A stretch of 64,000 nt of DNA from Phenylobacterium deserti. Its GTDB lineage: Bacteria; Pseudomonadota; Alphaproteobacteria; Caulobacterales; Caulobacteraceae. The notes under the pieces are model-generated. The model worked only from the letters and a program-made list of their open reading frames with translations, searched no databases and had not been told where the DNA came from. The stretch lies in NCBI GenBank assembly GCA_945883235.1, contig CAMCXF010000009.1, positions 34,632 to 98,631 of the forward strand, read 5' to 3'. The position numbers were made by a program, and so were the translations under genes. Position 1 is the stretch's first letter, and every line of letters starts with the position of its first letter. Positions 21,131 to 32,073 of this stretch are shown piece by piece.

Positions 21131-23830
21131 CTATTTGTCGGTCAGGTTCCAGACGCCATCCCAGTCTGCCGGCGGCGGCGTCTGCGCCAGGACCTTGCAC
21201 CGTTGCAGGTAGGTCGCCGATGGGCCATCTTTCGGATAGAGTTCCAGAGCTGCCGCGAAGGACCGCGATGCCTCAGCCCAGTTTCTGACGCGATAGGCCT
21301 CGACGCCGGCCGCATGCAATTCAAGCAACGCCGATAGCCCTGGCTCGCCGGCGCGGTAGCCCAGGGACTCATAGACCGCCACGGGGCGATCCTTGCCCTT
21401 CACGCGTATCAGATCGATTTCCCTCAAGGTGGCCGGGCGTTTCAGCGACCGCACCGTCGTCTCTGACAACACGATTTTGGCACCGTACTGCTTCGTGGCA
21501 CTTTCCAGCCGCGAGGCCAGGTTCACATTGTCGCCGATCACCGTGTAATCCAGCCGGCGCACCGAGCCGATGTTGCCGACCACGGTGGGGCCCGTCGAGA
21601 ACCCGATCCCGATATCCAGGGCCACCTGTCCGGCGGCGACGCGCCTTAGGTTGAGCTCGGACAGGCGCCGCATCATGTCATCGGCGGCAGCCAGGGCATT
21701 GTCCGCATCGTTCGGGCCGACAAGCGGCGCGCCGAAAAGGGCCATGATGCCGTCGCCCATATATTTGTCGAGGATGCCGCCGTGCTGGAAAATCACGTCG
21801 ACCATCTCGGTGAAGTACTCGTTCAGCAGCGACACGGTCTCGCGCGGGCCCAGGGCTTCTGCGATCGAGGTGAAGCTCCGGATGTCGGAGAACATCACCG
21901 TGACCTTCTGCTCCTTGCCGCCCAGTTCCAGTTCACCGGCGGACAACAACTGGTCCGCCACCTCCTTCGACATATAGCGCGACATCGTGGACCGGACGCG
22001 CTTCTCCTCGGTGATATCCTCCAGCACCAGCATGGAGCCGATCCGGGCCTCGGTCGCATCGATGAGCGGCATGGCGGTCAGGTTCACGGTCGAGACGCCC
22101 CCGTCGCCGCGCGCCAGTTCCGCATCGATGGCCAGCGCAGTCTCGCCGCCCTCGGCCTTGCCCAGACTGTCGATGATCCAGGCATTTGCGCCCGTGAACA
22201 CCGTGCTGGCTTCCCGTCCGATCAGGAGGTCGCGGGCCAGCCCGAGCAACACCTCGGCGGTGTCGTTTGCGGTGACGATCTTGCCGTCGGCGTCAAGGGT
22301 GACGATGCCGTTCGACGTGCTCTTCAGAATGCTCTCGTTGTAGTTCTTGATGCTCAGCACATCGTCGAACAGCTTGGCGTTTTCCAGGCTGACCGCCACC
22401 TGGGCTGCGAACGCCTTCATGCGGGACTCGTCCTTGACCGAGAAATGGCCACCGCGCTTGTTCAGGGCCTGTGCGACGCCGATGCGGGCTCCCGCTTTGT
22501 TGGTGATCGGGACGCAAAGAATGCTTCGGGTTGTGAAGCCGGAGAGCCGGTCAATCGCGGAATTGAAGCGAGGGTCCTGATAGGGTTCGTCGATATTTTC
22601 GATCTTTCCCGAGGTGAAGACTGCTCCGGCAATTCCGCTGGTGGTCGGTACCCGGATCTGCCGCATCTCCATGCCGTCGGCATAGACGGTGTAGAGTTCG
22701 TCGGTCTTGTCGTCATAGATGAACAGCGAGGCGCGTTCGGCAGTCAGCAGCTGGGTCGTCGCCGTCATGATCCGGGCGATCAGGACTTCCAGCAGCAGTT
22801 CGCCTGCCAGATCCTGCGTAACCTCCAGGATCTGCTGCTCCTCGCGCAGGGAATTCAGCATCAGATCGAAACCTCGATTGATGTCCGCGTATTCGTCGGT
22901 ACTCAACACCTCCAGCCGAGCGTCTTCCAGCTGGCCGCGCTCGACCCGGCGCATGGCTTCGATCAGCCTTGCGGCAGATTGGGACACCTCGCGTGAGGTC
23001 AGGACGGCCATCGAGACCGAGCCCAGGATGCAGACGCCCACCACGCCGGCGCTCCAGATGTAAAGCGCCACCATCTCGCTGGACGGGACCGTGAACCCGT
23101 TGCCCTTCAGCATCCGATCAAACTTGAACAGGAACGAGGCGGCGGCAAAGGCCAGCGGCAAGGAACTGACGGCGATCGCCAGGAACAACAGCTTTGTGCG
23201 CAGTGGCACCGAGGTCAGCTCGGCCAGCTGGTTGGGCGGAACCTGGCCGTCCAACTCGCGCGACAGGCGTTGGGCCAGCGGCTGGATGACGCGACTGACC
23301 GCGAAATACTCGAAGATCGCGTGCGCCGGCGTGGCGAAGACGAAGATCAGGGTCGCCAGCGCGAGCACCTGCCACAGGGCCACCCCGGCATCGAAGAAGA
23401 CGTTGATCGGGACGATCACCAGCAGCAGCGACAGCGTCGCCATGGGGCCGTGCAGCACGATCACCCTGACAGCGGACAACTGAGGCAGGTTCAACGCCCG
23501 CACCAGCGCGGTACCAAGGACAACGTCATCAGGCCGCGTGCCCCGGTCGAGCGCAGTCAGAACCGGCGCAAGGGGTTTGAGGTGTCGCCTGATCGCAATG
23601 ACGTCGATCGAGGTGAAGAAGGCGACTGCGAATGGCGCGCCCAGCCAGAACAACAGCCACTGACGGCTGGTGAACTCCAGCCCCAGCAGACCCAGCCCCA
23701 TCGAGATCGCGACGGCTGTGATCGACGCCATGTGGTAGATAACGATCAGACGCCAGAAAAGCGCGCGTCCGGAATCGGAGACGCGGCCTGAGTCCTCCGA
23801 CACGAGAGCGTGAGGCGCAGACGCGTTCAC
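21131..23830 (-). CDS. Membrane-anchored class III adenylate cyclase with HAMP, GAF and PAS domains and a TPR-like tail
   Basis: N-terminal TM helices and a cyclase core VTVMFSDIRSFTS...KYMGDGIMALFGAP...DYTVIGDNVNLASRLE. The Lys/Thr specificity pair suggests an ATP substrate. Confidence 0.85.
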   Translation of the reverse strand: MNASAPHALVSEDSGRVSDSGRALFWRLIVIYHMASITAVAISMGLGLLGLEFTSRQWLLFWLGAPFAVAFFTSIDVIAIRRHLKPLAPVLTALDRGTRPDDVVLGTALVRALNLPQLSAVRVIVLHGPMATLSLLLVIVPINVFFDAGVALWQVLALATLIFVFATPAHAIFEYFAVSRVIQPLAQRLSRELDGQVPPNQLAELTSVPLRTKLLFLAIAVSSLPLAFAAASFLFKFDRMLKGNGFTVPSSEMVALYIWSAGVVGVCILGSVSMAVLTSREVSQSAARLIEAMRRVERGQLEDARLEVLSTDEYADINRGFDLMLNSLREEQQILEVTQDLAGELLLEVLIARIMTATTQLLTAERASLFIYDDKTDELYTVYADGMEMRQIRVPTTSGIAGAVFTSGKIENIDEPYQDPRFNSAIDRLSGFTTRSILCVPITNKAGARIGVAQALNKRGGHFSVKDESRMKAFAAQVAVSLENAKLFDDVLSIKNYNESILKSTSNGIVTLDADGKIVTANDTAEVLLGLARDLLIGREASTVFTGANAWIIDSLGKAEGGETALAIDAELARGDGGVSTVNLTAMPLIDATEARIGSMLVLEDITEEKRVRSTMSRYMSKEVADQLLSAGELELGGKEQKVTVMFSDIRSFTSIAEALGPRETVSLLNEYFTEMVDVIFQHGGILDKYMGDGIMALFGAPLVGPNDADNALAAADDMMRRLSELNLRRVAAGQVALDIGIGFSTGPTVVGNIGSVRRLDYTVIGDNVNLASRLESATKQYGAKIVLSETTVRSLKRPATLREIDLIRVKGKDRPVAVYESLGYRAGEPGLSALLELHAAGVEAYRVRNWAEASRSFAAALELYPKDGPSATYLQRCKVLAQTPPPADWDGVWNLTDK

Positions 23831-23962
23831 GCTTGCCTCGCAAGCAATGCGGCTATGGCCTGCAACATGGACTCCCAGTCCCCAACGACCGCTAGTCTAG
23901 ACCGCCTTTATCGGGCGCGCCAAATGCTGTGTCCTCTTCGGGGTAATTCGTCGCATGCGGGG

Positions 23963-25540
23963 TCACTTTGGCGGGTCAGGTTGCTTTGCCGTGACCTGCC
24001 ATTCCGGCGGGAAGTCCGCGGCTCCGCTCCCGTCGCGATCGCGAAGCGTGAGCCCGGCGCTCGACTTCTCCGAATAGGGGACCGCGTGCCGCCCACCCTT
24101 CGTCGCCAGCCCCGCGAACAGAGCCCGGCGGAGCTCGATCCTGGCGGCAGCGTAAGCCTTGTCATTGACGAGGTTATTCATCTCATCGGGATCCCTGGAC
24201 AGGTCGTACAGCTCCTCCAGATCCCAGACCCCGTGGTACTGGATATACTTCAGTCGGCCCCGCTGGATGGCGAATGTGGTGGGCGTCTGCGGGAAGGTCC
24301 ATTCCCAGTAGTATTCATAGATAAAATCGTTCTCGACCCAGTCCTTGACGGCGACCGCTCCGGTCGCAACGGGCAGGACGCTGTGGCCTTCAAACTGTGC
24401 CGGCGGCTTGACGCCCGCCAGATCCAGGAAGGTCGGCGCCAGGTCCAGGTTGCGTACCCGCACCGGATTGGTGACCCCCTTGGGCAACAGACCCGGCGCG
24501 TAGGCCACCATCGGCACGCGGACGGACGGCTCATAGGCGTTGCGCTTGTCGATCAACCCGTGCTCGCCCATCAGGAACCCGTTGTCGCTGGTGAAGACGA
24601 TCAGGGTGTTGTCCTCCAGCTTGTTCTTTCGCAGGTAGGCCAGGGTTCGCCCGAGATTGTCATCCACCGCGCTGAGCGTGGCGAAGTAGGTCCTGAAATA
24701 GGCCGCAAGGTCGCGCTTGGAATGGTACGGAAAATCAACGCCGTGCCAGCTGTTGCGCTGGTTCTGCACCCACATCGGCTTGCCGCGATTGTTCCCGGGC
24801 GTATCGGCCATGCTGTCGGGCATCTTGATATCGAGATCAGCGTACTGGCCCACGTGGCGCGCGGCAGGCTGGGCGTCGGAGTGCACCGCCTTGTGGGACA
24901 GATAGAGGAAGAAGGGCTTTGACTTGTCCCGGCCGGTCTCCAGCCAGTCCAGCGCATAGTCGCTGAGCTCGTCGGTCATGTAGCCCGTCCGGTCCACGAT
25001 CTTGCCGTCGACGTTCAGGGTCTGGCGCTTGCCGGCGGCGATGTCCTGAGGCGTCAGCCCCTCGGTCGCCGAATAGGTTCCCTGACCCTTGAAACTGACC
25101 CACTTGTCGAAGCCGGGACGTGGCGCGTCTGTGGCGGCGCCCATGTGCCACTTGCCAAAGAAAGCGGTCTGGTAACCGGCCGCCTGCAGGTACGTCGGGA
25201 AGAACACCAGGCCCGCTTCCGACGAATTGTTGTTGTCCACCACGCCGTGGTTCCGGGTGGTCTGGCCCGTCAGGATGGTGGCGCGACTGGGTGAGCACAG
25301 CGACGAGGTCACCACGGCGTTGGGAAAATAGACCCCGTTCTTCGCCAGGAAGTCGATGTTCGGGGTCTTCAGTCCCGGCCGCAAAAAGCCCATGCCGTCA
25401 AAGCGCAGATCGTCCACCAGCACGAAGATGATGTTGTGGGGTTTGGCGGCGGCGGCGGGCGGCGGCGGCGCTGCGCGAGACATCAGGGGTATCGAAACTG
25501 CAACAACAGCCGCCGCGCAGGCGCGCAGTACCCGGTTCAT
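23963..25540 (-). CDS. Secreted sulfatase (formylglycine-dependent)
   Basis: Signal peptide, VLVDDLRFDG and the CSPSRATILTG (C-x-P-x-R) motif. Confidence 0.9.
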   Translation of the reverse strand: MNRVLRACAAAVVAVSIPLMSRAAPPPPAAAAKPHNIIFVLVDDLRFDGMGFLRPGLKTPNIDFLAKNGVYFPNAVVTSSLCSPSRATILTGQTTRNHGVVDNNNSSEAGLVFFPTYLQAAGYQTAFFGKWHMGAATDAPRPGFDKWVSFKGQGTYSATEGLTPQDIAAGKRQTLNVDGKIVDRTGYMTDELSDYALDWLETGRDKSKPFFLYLSHKAVHSDAQPAARHVGQYADLDIKMPDSMADTPGNNRGKPMWVQNQRNSWHGVDFPYHSKRDLAAYFRTYFATLSAVDDNLGRTLAYLRKNKLEDNTLIVFTSDNGFLMGEHGLIDKRNAYEPSVRVPMVAYAPGLLPKGVTNPVRVRNLDLAPTFLDLAGVKPPAQFEGHSVLPVATGAVAVKDWVENDFIYEYYWEWTFPQTPTTFAIQRGRLKYIQYHGVWDLEELYDLSRDPDEMNNLVNDKAYAAARIELRRALFAGLATKGGRHAVPYSEKSSAGLTLRDRDGSGAADFPPEWQVTAKQPDPPK

Positions 25541-25914
25541 TTCCGCACGAACGCGCAGAGCTTGTTGCCGTCGCAGTCGCGGACGTAGGCCGCGTAGAAC
25601 ACCGGGTTCATGCCTTCGCGCACTCCCGGCGGGCCCTCACAGGTTCCGCCGTTCTCAAGGGCGGCGGTGTGGAAGCGGTCGATGGCCTCGCGGTCGATGC
25701 CCAGAAACGCCAGCATCGCACCGTTGCCGCCGTTCGCCGCTGCCCGGTCAAACGGCCGGGTCAGGAAGAACTTCGCGCGGTCGCCCTGCCGGGTATAGCC
25801 GGTCCAGGTGTTGCTGGTGGTGTCGCGCACCGCGCCAAGCGGCGCGAAAGCCGCGTCGTAAAAGCGGATGGCGCGGGCCATGTCGTTCACGCCGATGGTG
25901 GAATAGGCGATCAT
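25537..25914 (-). CDS. VOC/glyoxalase family protein
   Basis: 125 aa; MIAYSTIGVNDMARAIRFYDAAF is typical of small VOC proteins. It overlaps the sulfatase start by 4 bp. Confidence 0.7.
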   Translation of the reverse strand: MIAYSTIGVNDMARAIRFYDAAFAPLGAVRDTTSNTWTGYTRQGDRAKFFLTRPFDRAAANGGNGAMLAFLGIDREAIDRFHTAALENGGTCEGPPGVREGMNPVFYAAYVRDCDGNKLCAFVRK

Positions 25915-25986
25915 CGTGGCGTCTTCCTTAGCCTGTCTGGATGCTTGGCATCGCGTGAGTGGGCAGCCCGGCGGGTGAAGTCATCT

Positions 25987-26153
25987 TTCTCCTCACCCAT
26001 CGGGGGAGGGGGACCCCGAAGGGGTGGAGGGGGCCGCCGTCGCACGGTGTCGGCCAGGCCAATGCGGGTGCTGAAGTTGTCACAGGTTTCAGCCGCGGCA
26101 GGCCCCCTCCACCACGCTCCGCGCGGTCCCCCTCCCCCGATGGGTGAGGAGAG
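25987..26153. repeat. Gene-less pair of G-rich inverted repeats (arms about 48-53 bp, about 66-bp centre) of the DUF559-associated family
   Basis: Left arm: tctcctcacccatcgggggagggggacc-N7-ggtggagggggcc. The right arm is its reverse complement with a different short loop. Confidence 0.75.
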
Positions 26154-26194
26154 AAGGAACTTGTCTCGCAACGCGCTTCCGGGCATCGCGAACA

Positions 26195-27355
26195 TCAGAA
26201 CCCGGCCGTCATGGTGGGCAACCCCAGGTACAGACGGCCCGCCGTTTCCGCGATCATCGGCGACACCATGAAGTGCTGGGTGGCCACATGCACATCGCGA
26301 AACTGCCGCTGCAACGGCGAGATGTCATAGATCGAACTGCCGCCGGCCAGATTGTACATCATGTCGACCACGGCAGCGGATTCCTGCATCGCGTGCCATG
26401 TGGCCAGGCGCATGTCGCGGCTGTGGTGGATCGCCACCGGCCCGCCGGCGTTGGCGGCCTCCCACCCGGCGTCGATGGCGTCATAGAAGAACGCCCTGGC
26501 TGACCGCAGACGGGCTTCGGCGCGGGCGATCTCCATCTGGACGTAAGGCTTCTCCGCCAGCGGGGTCGACGATCCGCCGCGCTTCTTCTCTCCGGCGACC
26601 GTCATGAGCTCCGAGATGCTGGCCCGCGCAATGCCAAGGCCGACCGCGCCAACCCCCTGGGCCAGGGGCGAGAACCCCGGAAACCGGAACAGCGGCCGGT
26701 CCGGCGGCGACCTGACCTGATAGCCGGCGGCGCGGTGCTCGGGCACGAACAGGTCCTTGACCTGAAACGCCGTGCTGCCGGTCCCGCTCAGGCCAGCCAC
26801 ATGCCAGGTATCCAGCGAGATCACGTCCGCTGCCGGAAAGAACAGCATGTGGTTGCGCGGCAATCCCGCCGAGTTGGTCAGGGGCTGGCCGTCCTCCACC
26901 AGCACACACCCACCGCCAACCCACTGGGCGTTGCCCGAGCCGGACCCCCACTGCCAGGTCCCGGTGACCCGAAAGCCGCCAGCCACCTTTGTCGCCGTCC
27001 CCAGGGCCGCAAACACGCCGGAGACCAGGTTGGCCGGATTGGCCAGCAGCTCACGGGTCGCATCATCCGTCAGGCGTCCGAACGCCAGCCCCGTGGTCGC
27101 GCCGATGAACGTCACCCAGGCGCTGGCGGCGTCACCCTCGGCCACGGCCTCAATGACCTGGGCCGCGATAGACGGCGGCACTTCCAGGCCACCCGCGCTC
27201 TCGCTGACGTACATCCGGTAAAACCCGGCCTCGCCCAGGCGCATCGCAATATCGCCTGGCAATCGCCGCAACGCCTCGATCTCGGCCCCGCGCGGGGCGA
27301 TCTCGGCGGCAATGGTTCGCGCCGTTTCGACGACGTTCTGAGTGTCGGCCATCAT
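26195..27355 (-). CDS. Acyl-CoA dehydrogenase-fold flavoprotein (ACAD type 2, monooxygenase-like)
   Basis: About 386 aa with the ACAD N-terminal, middle and C-terminal domain pattern. ATG 27355 overlaps the stop of the upstream rhodanese gene (ATGA). Confidence 0.65.
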   Translation of the reverse strand: MMADTQNVVETARTIAAEIAPRGAEIEALRRLPGDIAMRLGEAGFYRMYVSESAGGLEVPPSIAAQVIEAVAEGDAASAWVTFIGATTGLAFGRLTDDATRELLANPANLVSGVFAALGTATKVAGGFRVTGTWQWGSGSGNAQWVGGGCVLVEDGQPLTNSAGLPRNHMLFFPAADVISLDTWHVAGLSGTGSTAFQVKDLFVPEHRAAGYQVRSPPDRPLFRFPGFSPLAQGVGAVGLGIARASISELMTVAGEKKRGGSSTPLAEKPYVQMEIARAEARLRSARAFFYDAIDAGWEAANAGGPVAIHHSRDMRLATWHAMQESAAVVDMMYNLAGGSSIYDISPLQRQFRDVHVATQHFMVSPMIAETAGRLYLGLPTMTAGF

Positions 27356-28221
27356 GCCCCCGTCTCCATCGGGAGGCGCTCGTCCTTCGTCCATTCCGAC
27401 ATCGACCCGTCGTAAACCGCCACCGACGGGTGCCCCAGCCGCGTCAGCGCCAGCGCGTCCATGGTCGCCGAGATGCCGCCGCCGCAGTAGAAGATCACCC
27501 GGGGCCGTTCAAACGCGCCCACCCCTTCGAACAGCGCCCGCAGTTCGTCGTCACTCCGATAAAGCCCGTCCGCGTCCAGCAGCGCCGCATAGGGCACATT
27601 GCGGCTGCCCTTGATGTGGCCCTTGCGGCCATAGTTCATCGCCGCCTCGCCACTGTGAACCCCGGCCGACAGCGCATTGATGGTGCAGACTGCGCCGTCG
27701 TCGATCGCCGCCAGCACGGCGTCCCTGTCGGCCCAGGCGTCAGCACGTTCCGTAACCACCGCACTCGCCGCCGGATAAGTCCTGACAGGCGTCTCTACCG
27801 GCCGCCCCTCGGCCACCCAGCGCGCAAACCCGCCGTCCAGTACCGCCACGTCGGCCACCCCCGCCGAGCGCAAGATCCACCACAGCCGCGTCGCCCACAT
27901 CGGCGTCGACGTACTGTAACAAACCACCTTCACCCCCGGCCCGATCCCCGCCGCGCCCAGAGCCTCCGCCAGCGCCTGGCCCTTCAACCGCGTGAACCCC
28001 AGCGGCGAGGTGGTGTCCGACAGGTCCCGCGCAAGGTCCAGAAACGCCGCGCCCGGAACATGCCCGGCCTCGTAATCCGCCCGCCCGCTCTCCACCACAT
28101 AGGGCCCGGGCGTGGCAGGCCGCAGGTGCACCGTGGCGTCGAAGATCCTGACGTCAGGATCGGTCAGATGCGCCGCCACCCAGTCCGTCGACACCAGCCC
28201 GCGCGCGTCCCAGCCGCTCAT
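27352..28221 (-). CDS. Two-domain rhodanese sulfurtransferase (thiosulfate/3-mercaptopyruvate type)
   Basis: LVSTDWVAAHL...GHVPGA in the first domain and the active-site loop FYCGGGISA in the second. A GGGAGAG RBS precedes ATG 28221. Confidence 0.85.
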   Translation of the reverse strand: MSGWDARGLVSTDWVAAHLTDPDVRIFDATVHLRPATPGPYVVESGRADYEAGHVPGAAFLDLARDLSDTTSPLGFTRLKGQALAEALGAAGIGPGVKVVCYSTSTPMWATRLWWILRSAGVADVAVLDGGFARWVAEGRPVETPVRTYPAASAVVTERADAWADRDAVLAAIDDGAVCTINALSAGVHSGEAAMNYGRKGHIKGSRNVPYAALLDADGLYRSDDELRALFEGVGAFERPRVIFYCGGGISATMDALALTRLGHPSVAVYDGSMSEWTKDERLPMETGA

Positions 28222-28364
28222 GATCATGCTCTCCCTGTAATTGCCGTGACCCTCATCCCGGCGCGCGCGAAGATCAAGACCGCGCGATCCGCGATCTTCG
28301 GGAGGTCTGCAAGCCACAGGTCGGGACTGGCGTTCTTGCCGCCTCCGCGCTAGCAGGCCGCCCC

Positions 28365-29993
<1,629 letters not shown>

Positions 29994-30067
29994 GGGCAAT
30001 AGCCGGCGTCGAACCTGCGCCCACCGGTGCCGGAAAGTGGAAGAGAACCACGGAAATCAAAAAAACC

Positions 30068-30130
30068 TTACCTCCCCCGCGTAGCGGCGGGAGGGGGACC
30101 GCGCCCCGAAGAGGGCGGGGTGGAGGGGGC
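30068..30130. repeat. G-rich repeat arm (left arm of DUF559 cassette 1)
   Basis: ttacctcccccgcgtagcggcgggagggggaccgcgccccgaagagggcggggtggagggggc. Its inverted partner is at 30514-30578. Confidence 0.75.
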
Positions 30131-30457
30131 AGGCGGCGCGCTCCGCCGTTCGTCCGCCAACCTCAAAACACAGTCCGCCACCCGACCCGGATCCCGGAAA
30201 ACCTCTGACGCCGGAACGCGCAGCACCGCCACACCTTGTCGCGAAAGCCAGTGATCCCGCGCCTCATCCCGATCTCGACTCGTCTCATCCCAGTGCGACG
30301 ACCCATCGACCTCGACAGCCAGCCTTGCCGAGGGGCAATAGAAATCGACGATGATGGAACCGATGGGATGTTGTCGGCGGAATGTCGGCTTATCCGGATT
30401 TCGGCCTCGCAGGCGGGTCCATAGCAACACTTCGGGCGGGCTCATGGACTTTCGCAT
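30068..30457 (-). CDS. DUF559 (Vsr/PD-(D/E)XK-like) endonuclease domain protein
   Basis: MSPPEVLLWTRLR...FRRQHPIG..IVDFYCPSARLAVEVDGSSH...RD..L...G..VLRV. The C-terminal about 25 codons read through the repeat arm. The track ORF extends to 30679. Confidence 0.8.
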   Translation of the reverse strand: MRKSMSPPEVLLWTRLRGRNPDKPTFRRQHPIGSIIVDFYCPSARLAVEVDGSSHWDETSRDRDEARDHWLSRQGVAVLRVPASEVFRDPGRVADCVLRLADERRSAPPAPSTPPSSGRGPPPAATRGR

Positions 30458-30513
30458 CGCCCGGGCGCGGGTGGCGATCAGAGTGATGTTTCGCACGGCG
30501 TGACTCGCGGCTT

Positions 30514-30578
30514 GCCCCCTCCACCACGTCCTCTTCGGGGCGCGGTCCCCCTCCCGCCACTGCGTGGGGGAGGTGAGA
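30514..30578. repeat. G-rich repeat arm (right arm of DUF559 cassette 1)
   Basis: Its reverse complement, tctcacctcccccacgcagtggcgggagggggaccgcgccccgaagaggacgtggtggagggggc, matches the arm at 30068-30130. Confidence 0.75.
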
Positions 30579-30672
30579 ACAATACAGGAACAAAAATGTC
30601 GGCCGCAGTCAACTTCTGGCGCCCCCACCCCCGCCAGCGTATGAACCCCCCACCCGGGGGCAGAACACACAC

Positions 30673-31947
30673 ATGGCATCCAGCATCCTCCTCCAGCTCC
30701 AGGGCCTGATCGGCATCGCCCTGATCACCCTGACCGCCTGGGCGCTTTCCGAAGACCGCCGCAACCGGCCCCGCGCCCTCTGGATCCTCGGCGCCATCGC
30801 CCTGCAGATCGCCATCGCGCTGATCGTCGTGCGCGTGCCCTTCGTGTGGTCCATCATCGGCCTGGCCAACCACGCCGTGGCCGCCATCGAGCAGGCCTCG
30901 CTGGTCGGCTCCAGCTACATGTTCGGCTACACGGGCGGCGGGGCGCTGCCGTTTGAGCTGAAACCGGGCGTCGCGCCGCCCCTGATCATCGCCTTCCAGA
31001 TCCTGCCGCTGATCATCGTCTATTCGGCGCTGGCGGCGCTGATGTGGCACTGGGGCGTGCTTTCGAGGATCGTTCAGGGCCTGTCCTGGGCCCTGCGCCG
31101 CACTCTGGGCGTCAGCGGCGTGGTGGGCCTCAGCGCCGGGGCGAACATCTTCCTGGGCGTCGTGGAATCGCCGCTGGTGGTGCGGGCCTATTTCGAGCGG
31201 ATGAGCCGGGCCGAGCTGTTCGCCGTCATGGTGCTGGCCATGTCCAACATCTCGGGCGTCTTGCTGGTGCTCTACGCCCAGACCCTGTCGAAGAGCGTGC
31301 CCGACGCGGTCGGCCACATGATCTCGGCCTCGCTGATCTCGCTGCCGGCGTCGATCCTGATCGCCCGGCTGATGCTGCCCGGCCAGGGCGGCACCGACGC
31401 CTCCACCGACGAGGCGGGCCTCAAATACGACAGCAGCATCGACGCCATCGTGCGCGGCACTATGGACGGCGTGCAGCTGTTCCTGGCGGTGATCGGGGTG
31501 ATCATCGTGATCTTCGCCCTGGTCGCCCTGGTGGATCAGGCCCTGACGCTGGCACCCCTGTTCGACGGCCAGCCGCTGACGCTGCGGCGGATCTTCGGCT
31601 GGCTGTTCTCGCCCCTGATGTGGACCCTGGGCGTGCCCTGGGACCAGGCGCCCCAGGCCGGGGCCCTGATGGGCACCAAGACCATCCTCAACGAATATGT
31701 CGCCTATCTGGACCTGGCCGCCCTGCCGGTGGCGACGTTCGATCCGCGCAGCCAGCTGATCGTCACCTATGCCCTGTGCGGCGTCGCCAACCTGGCCAGC
31801 GTCGGCCTCCTGGTCTCCACCATCGGCACGCTGGCACCCGGTCGACGGGCCGAGGTGGCGGCGCTGGGCATGAAATCCTGGCTCGCCGGCAACATGGCCT
31901 CCGCCATGACCGGCGCGGTGATCGGCCTGGTGACCTGGGTCGGGTGA
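30673..31947 (+). CDS. NupC/CNT-family concentrative nucleoside transporter
   Basis: 424-aa polytopic protein whose N-terminus LQGLIGIALITLTAWALSEDRR and overall pattern are typical of CNT transporters. Confidence 0.8.
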   Translation: MASSILLQLQGLIGIALITLTAWALSEDRRNRPRALWILGAIALQIAIALIVVRVPFVWSIIGLANHAVAAIEQASLVGSSYMFGYTGGGALPFELKPGVAPPLIIAFQILPLIIVYSALAALMWHWGVLSRIVQGLSWALRRTLGVSGVVGLSAGANIFLGVVESPLVVRAYFERMSRAELFAVMVLAMSNISGVLLVLYAQTLSKSVPDAVGHMISASLISLPASILIARLMLPGQGGTDASTDEAGLKYDSSIDAIVRGTMDGVQLFLAVIGVIIVIFALVALVDQALTLAPLFDGQPLTLRRIFGWLFSPLMWTLGVPWDQAPQAGALMGTKTILNEYVAYLDLAALPVATFDPRSQLIVTYALCGVANLASVGLLVSTIGTLAPGRRAEVAALGMKSWLAGNMASAMTGAVIGLVTWVG

Positions 31948-31987
31948 GGGGGACGCATTCCTCCTATCCGACGGTCACGGTCCCCCC

Positions 31988-32039
31988 TTCTCCTCACCCG
32001 TCGGGGGAGGGGGACCGCGCGAAGCGGGGTGGAGGGGGC
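31988..32039. repeat. G-rich repeat arm (left arm of DUF559 cassette 2)
   Basis: ttctcctcacccgtcgggggagggggaccgcgcgaagcggggtggagggggc. Confidence 0.8.
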
Positions 32040-32073
32040 TTGCCGGACCCTCCGCTTTTGACATTCTGACCCG

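Noticed and set aside
23831-23962. Small hairpin GCTTGC-ctc-GCAAGC at the 5' end of the cyclase gene, as a possible riboswitch or attenuator.
   Set aside because: A 6-bp stem is common by chance in GC-rich DNA, and I see no recognisable riboswitch consensus.
25911-26271. ORFs crossing the G-rich repeats (25911-26195, 25959-26147, 29423-30208 tail, 31975-32442, 32289-32501), which translate to PPPPMGEE / SPIGGGGPR peptides.
   Set aside because: The same peptides arise wherever the repeat occurs and in both orientations, so they are by-products of the repeat rather than genes.
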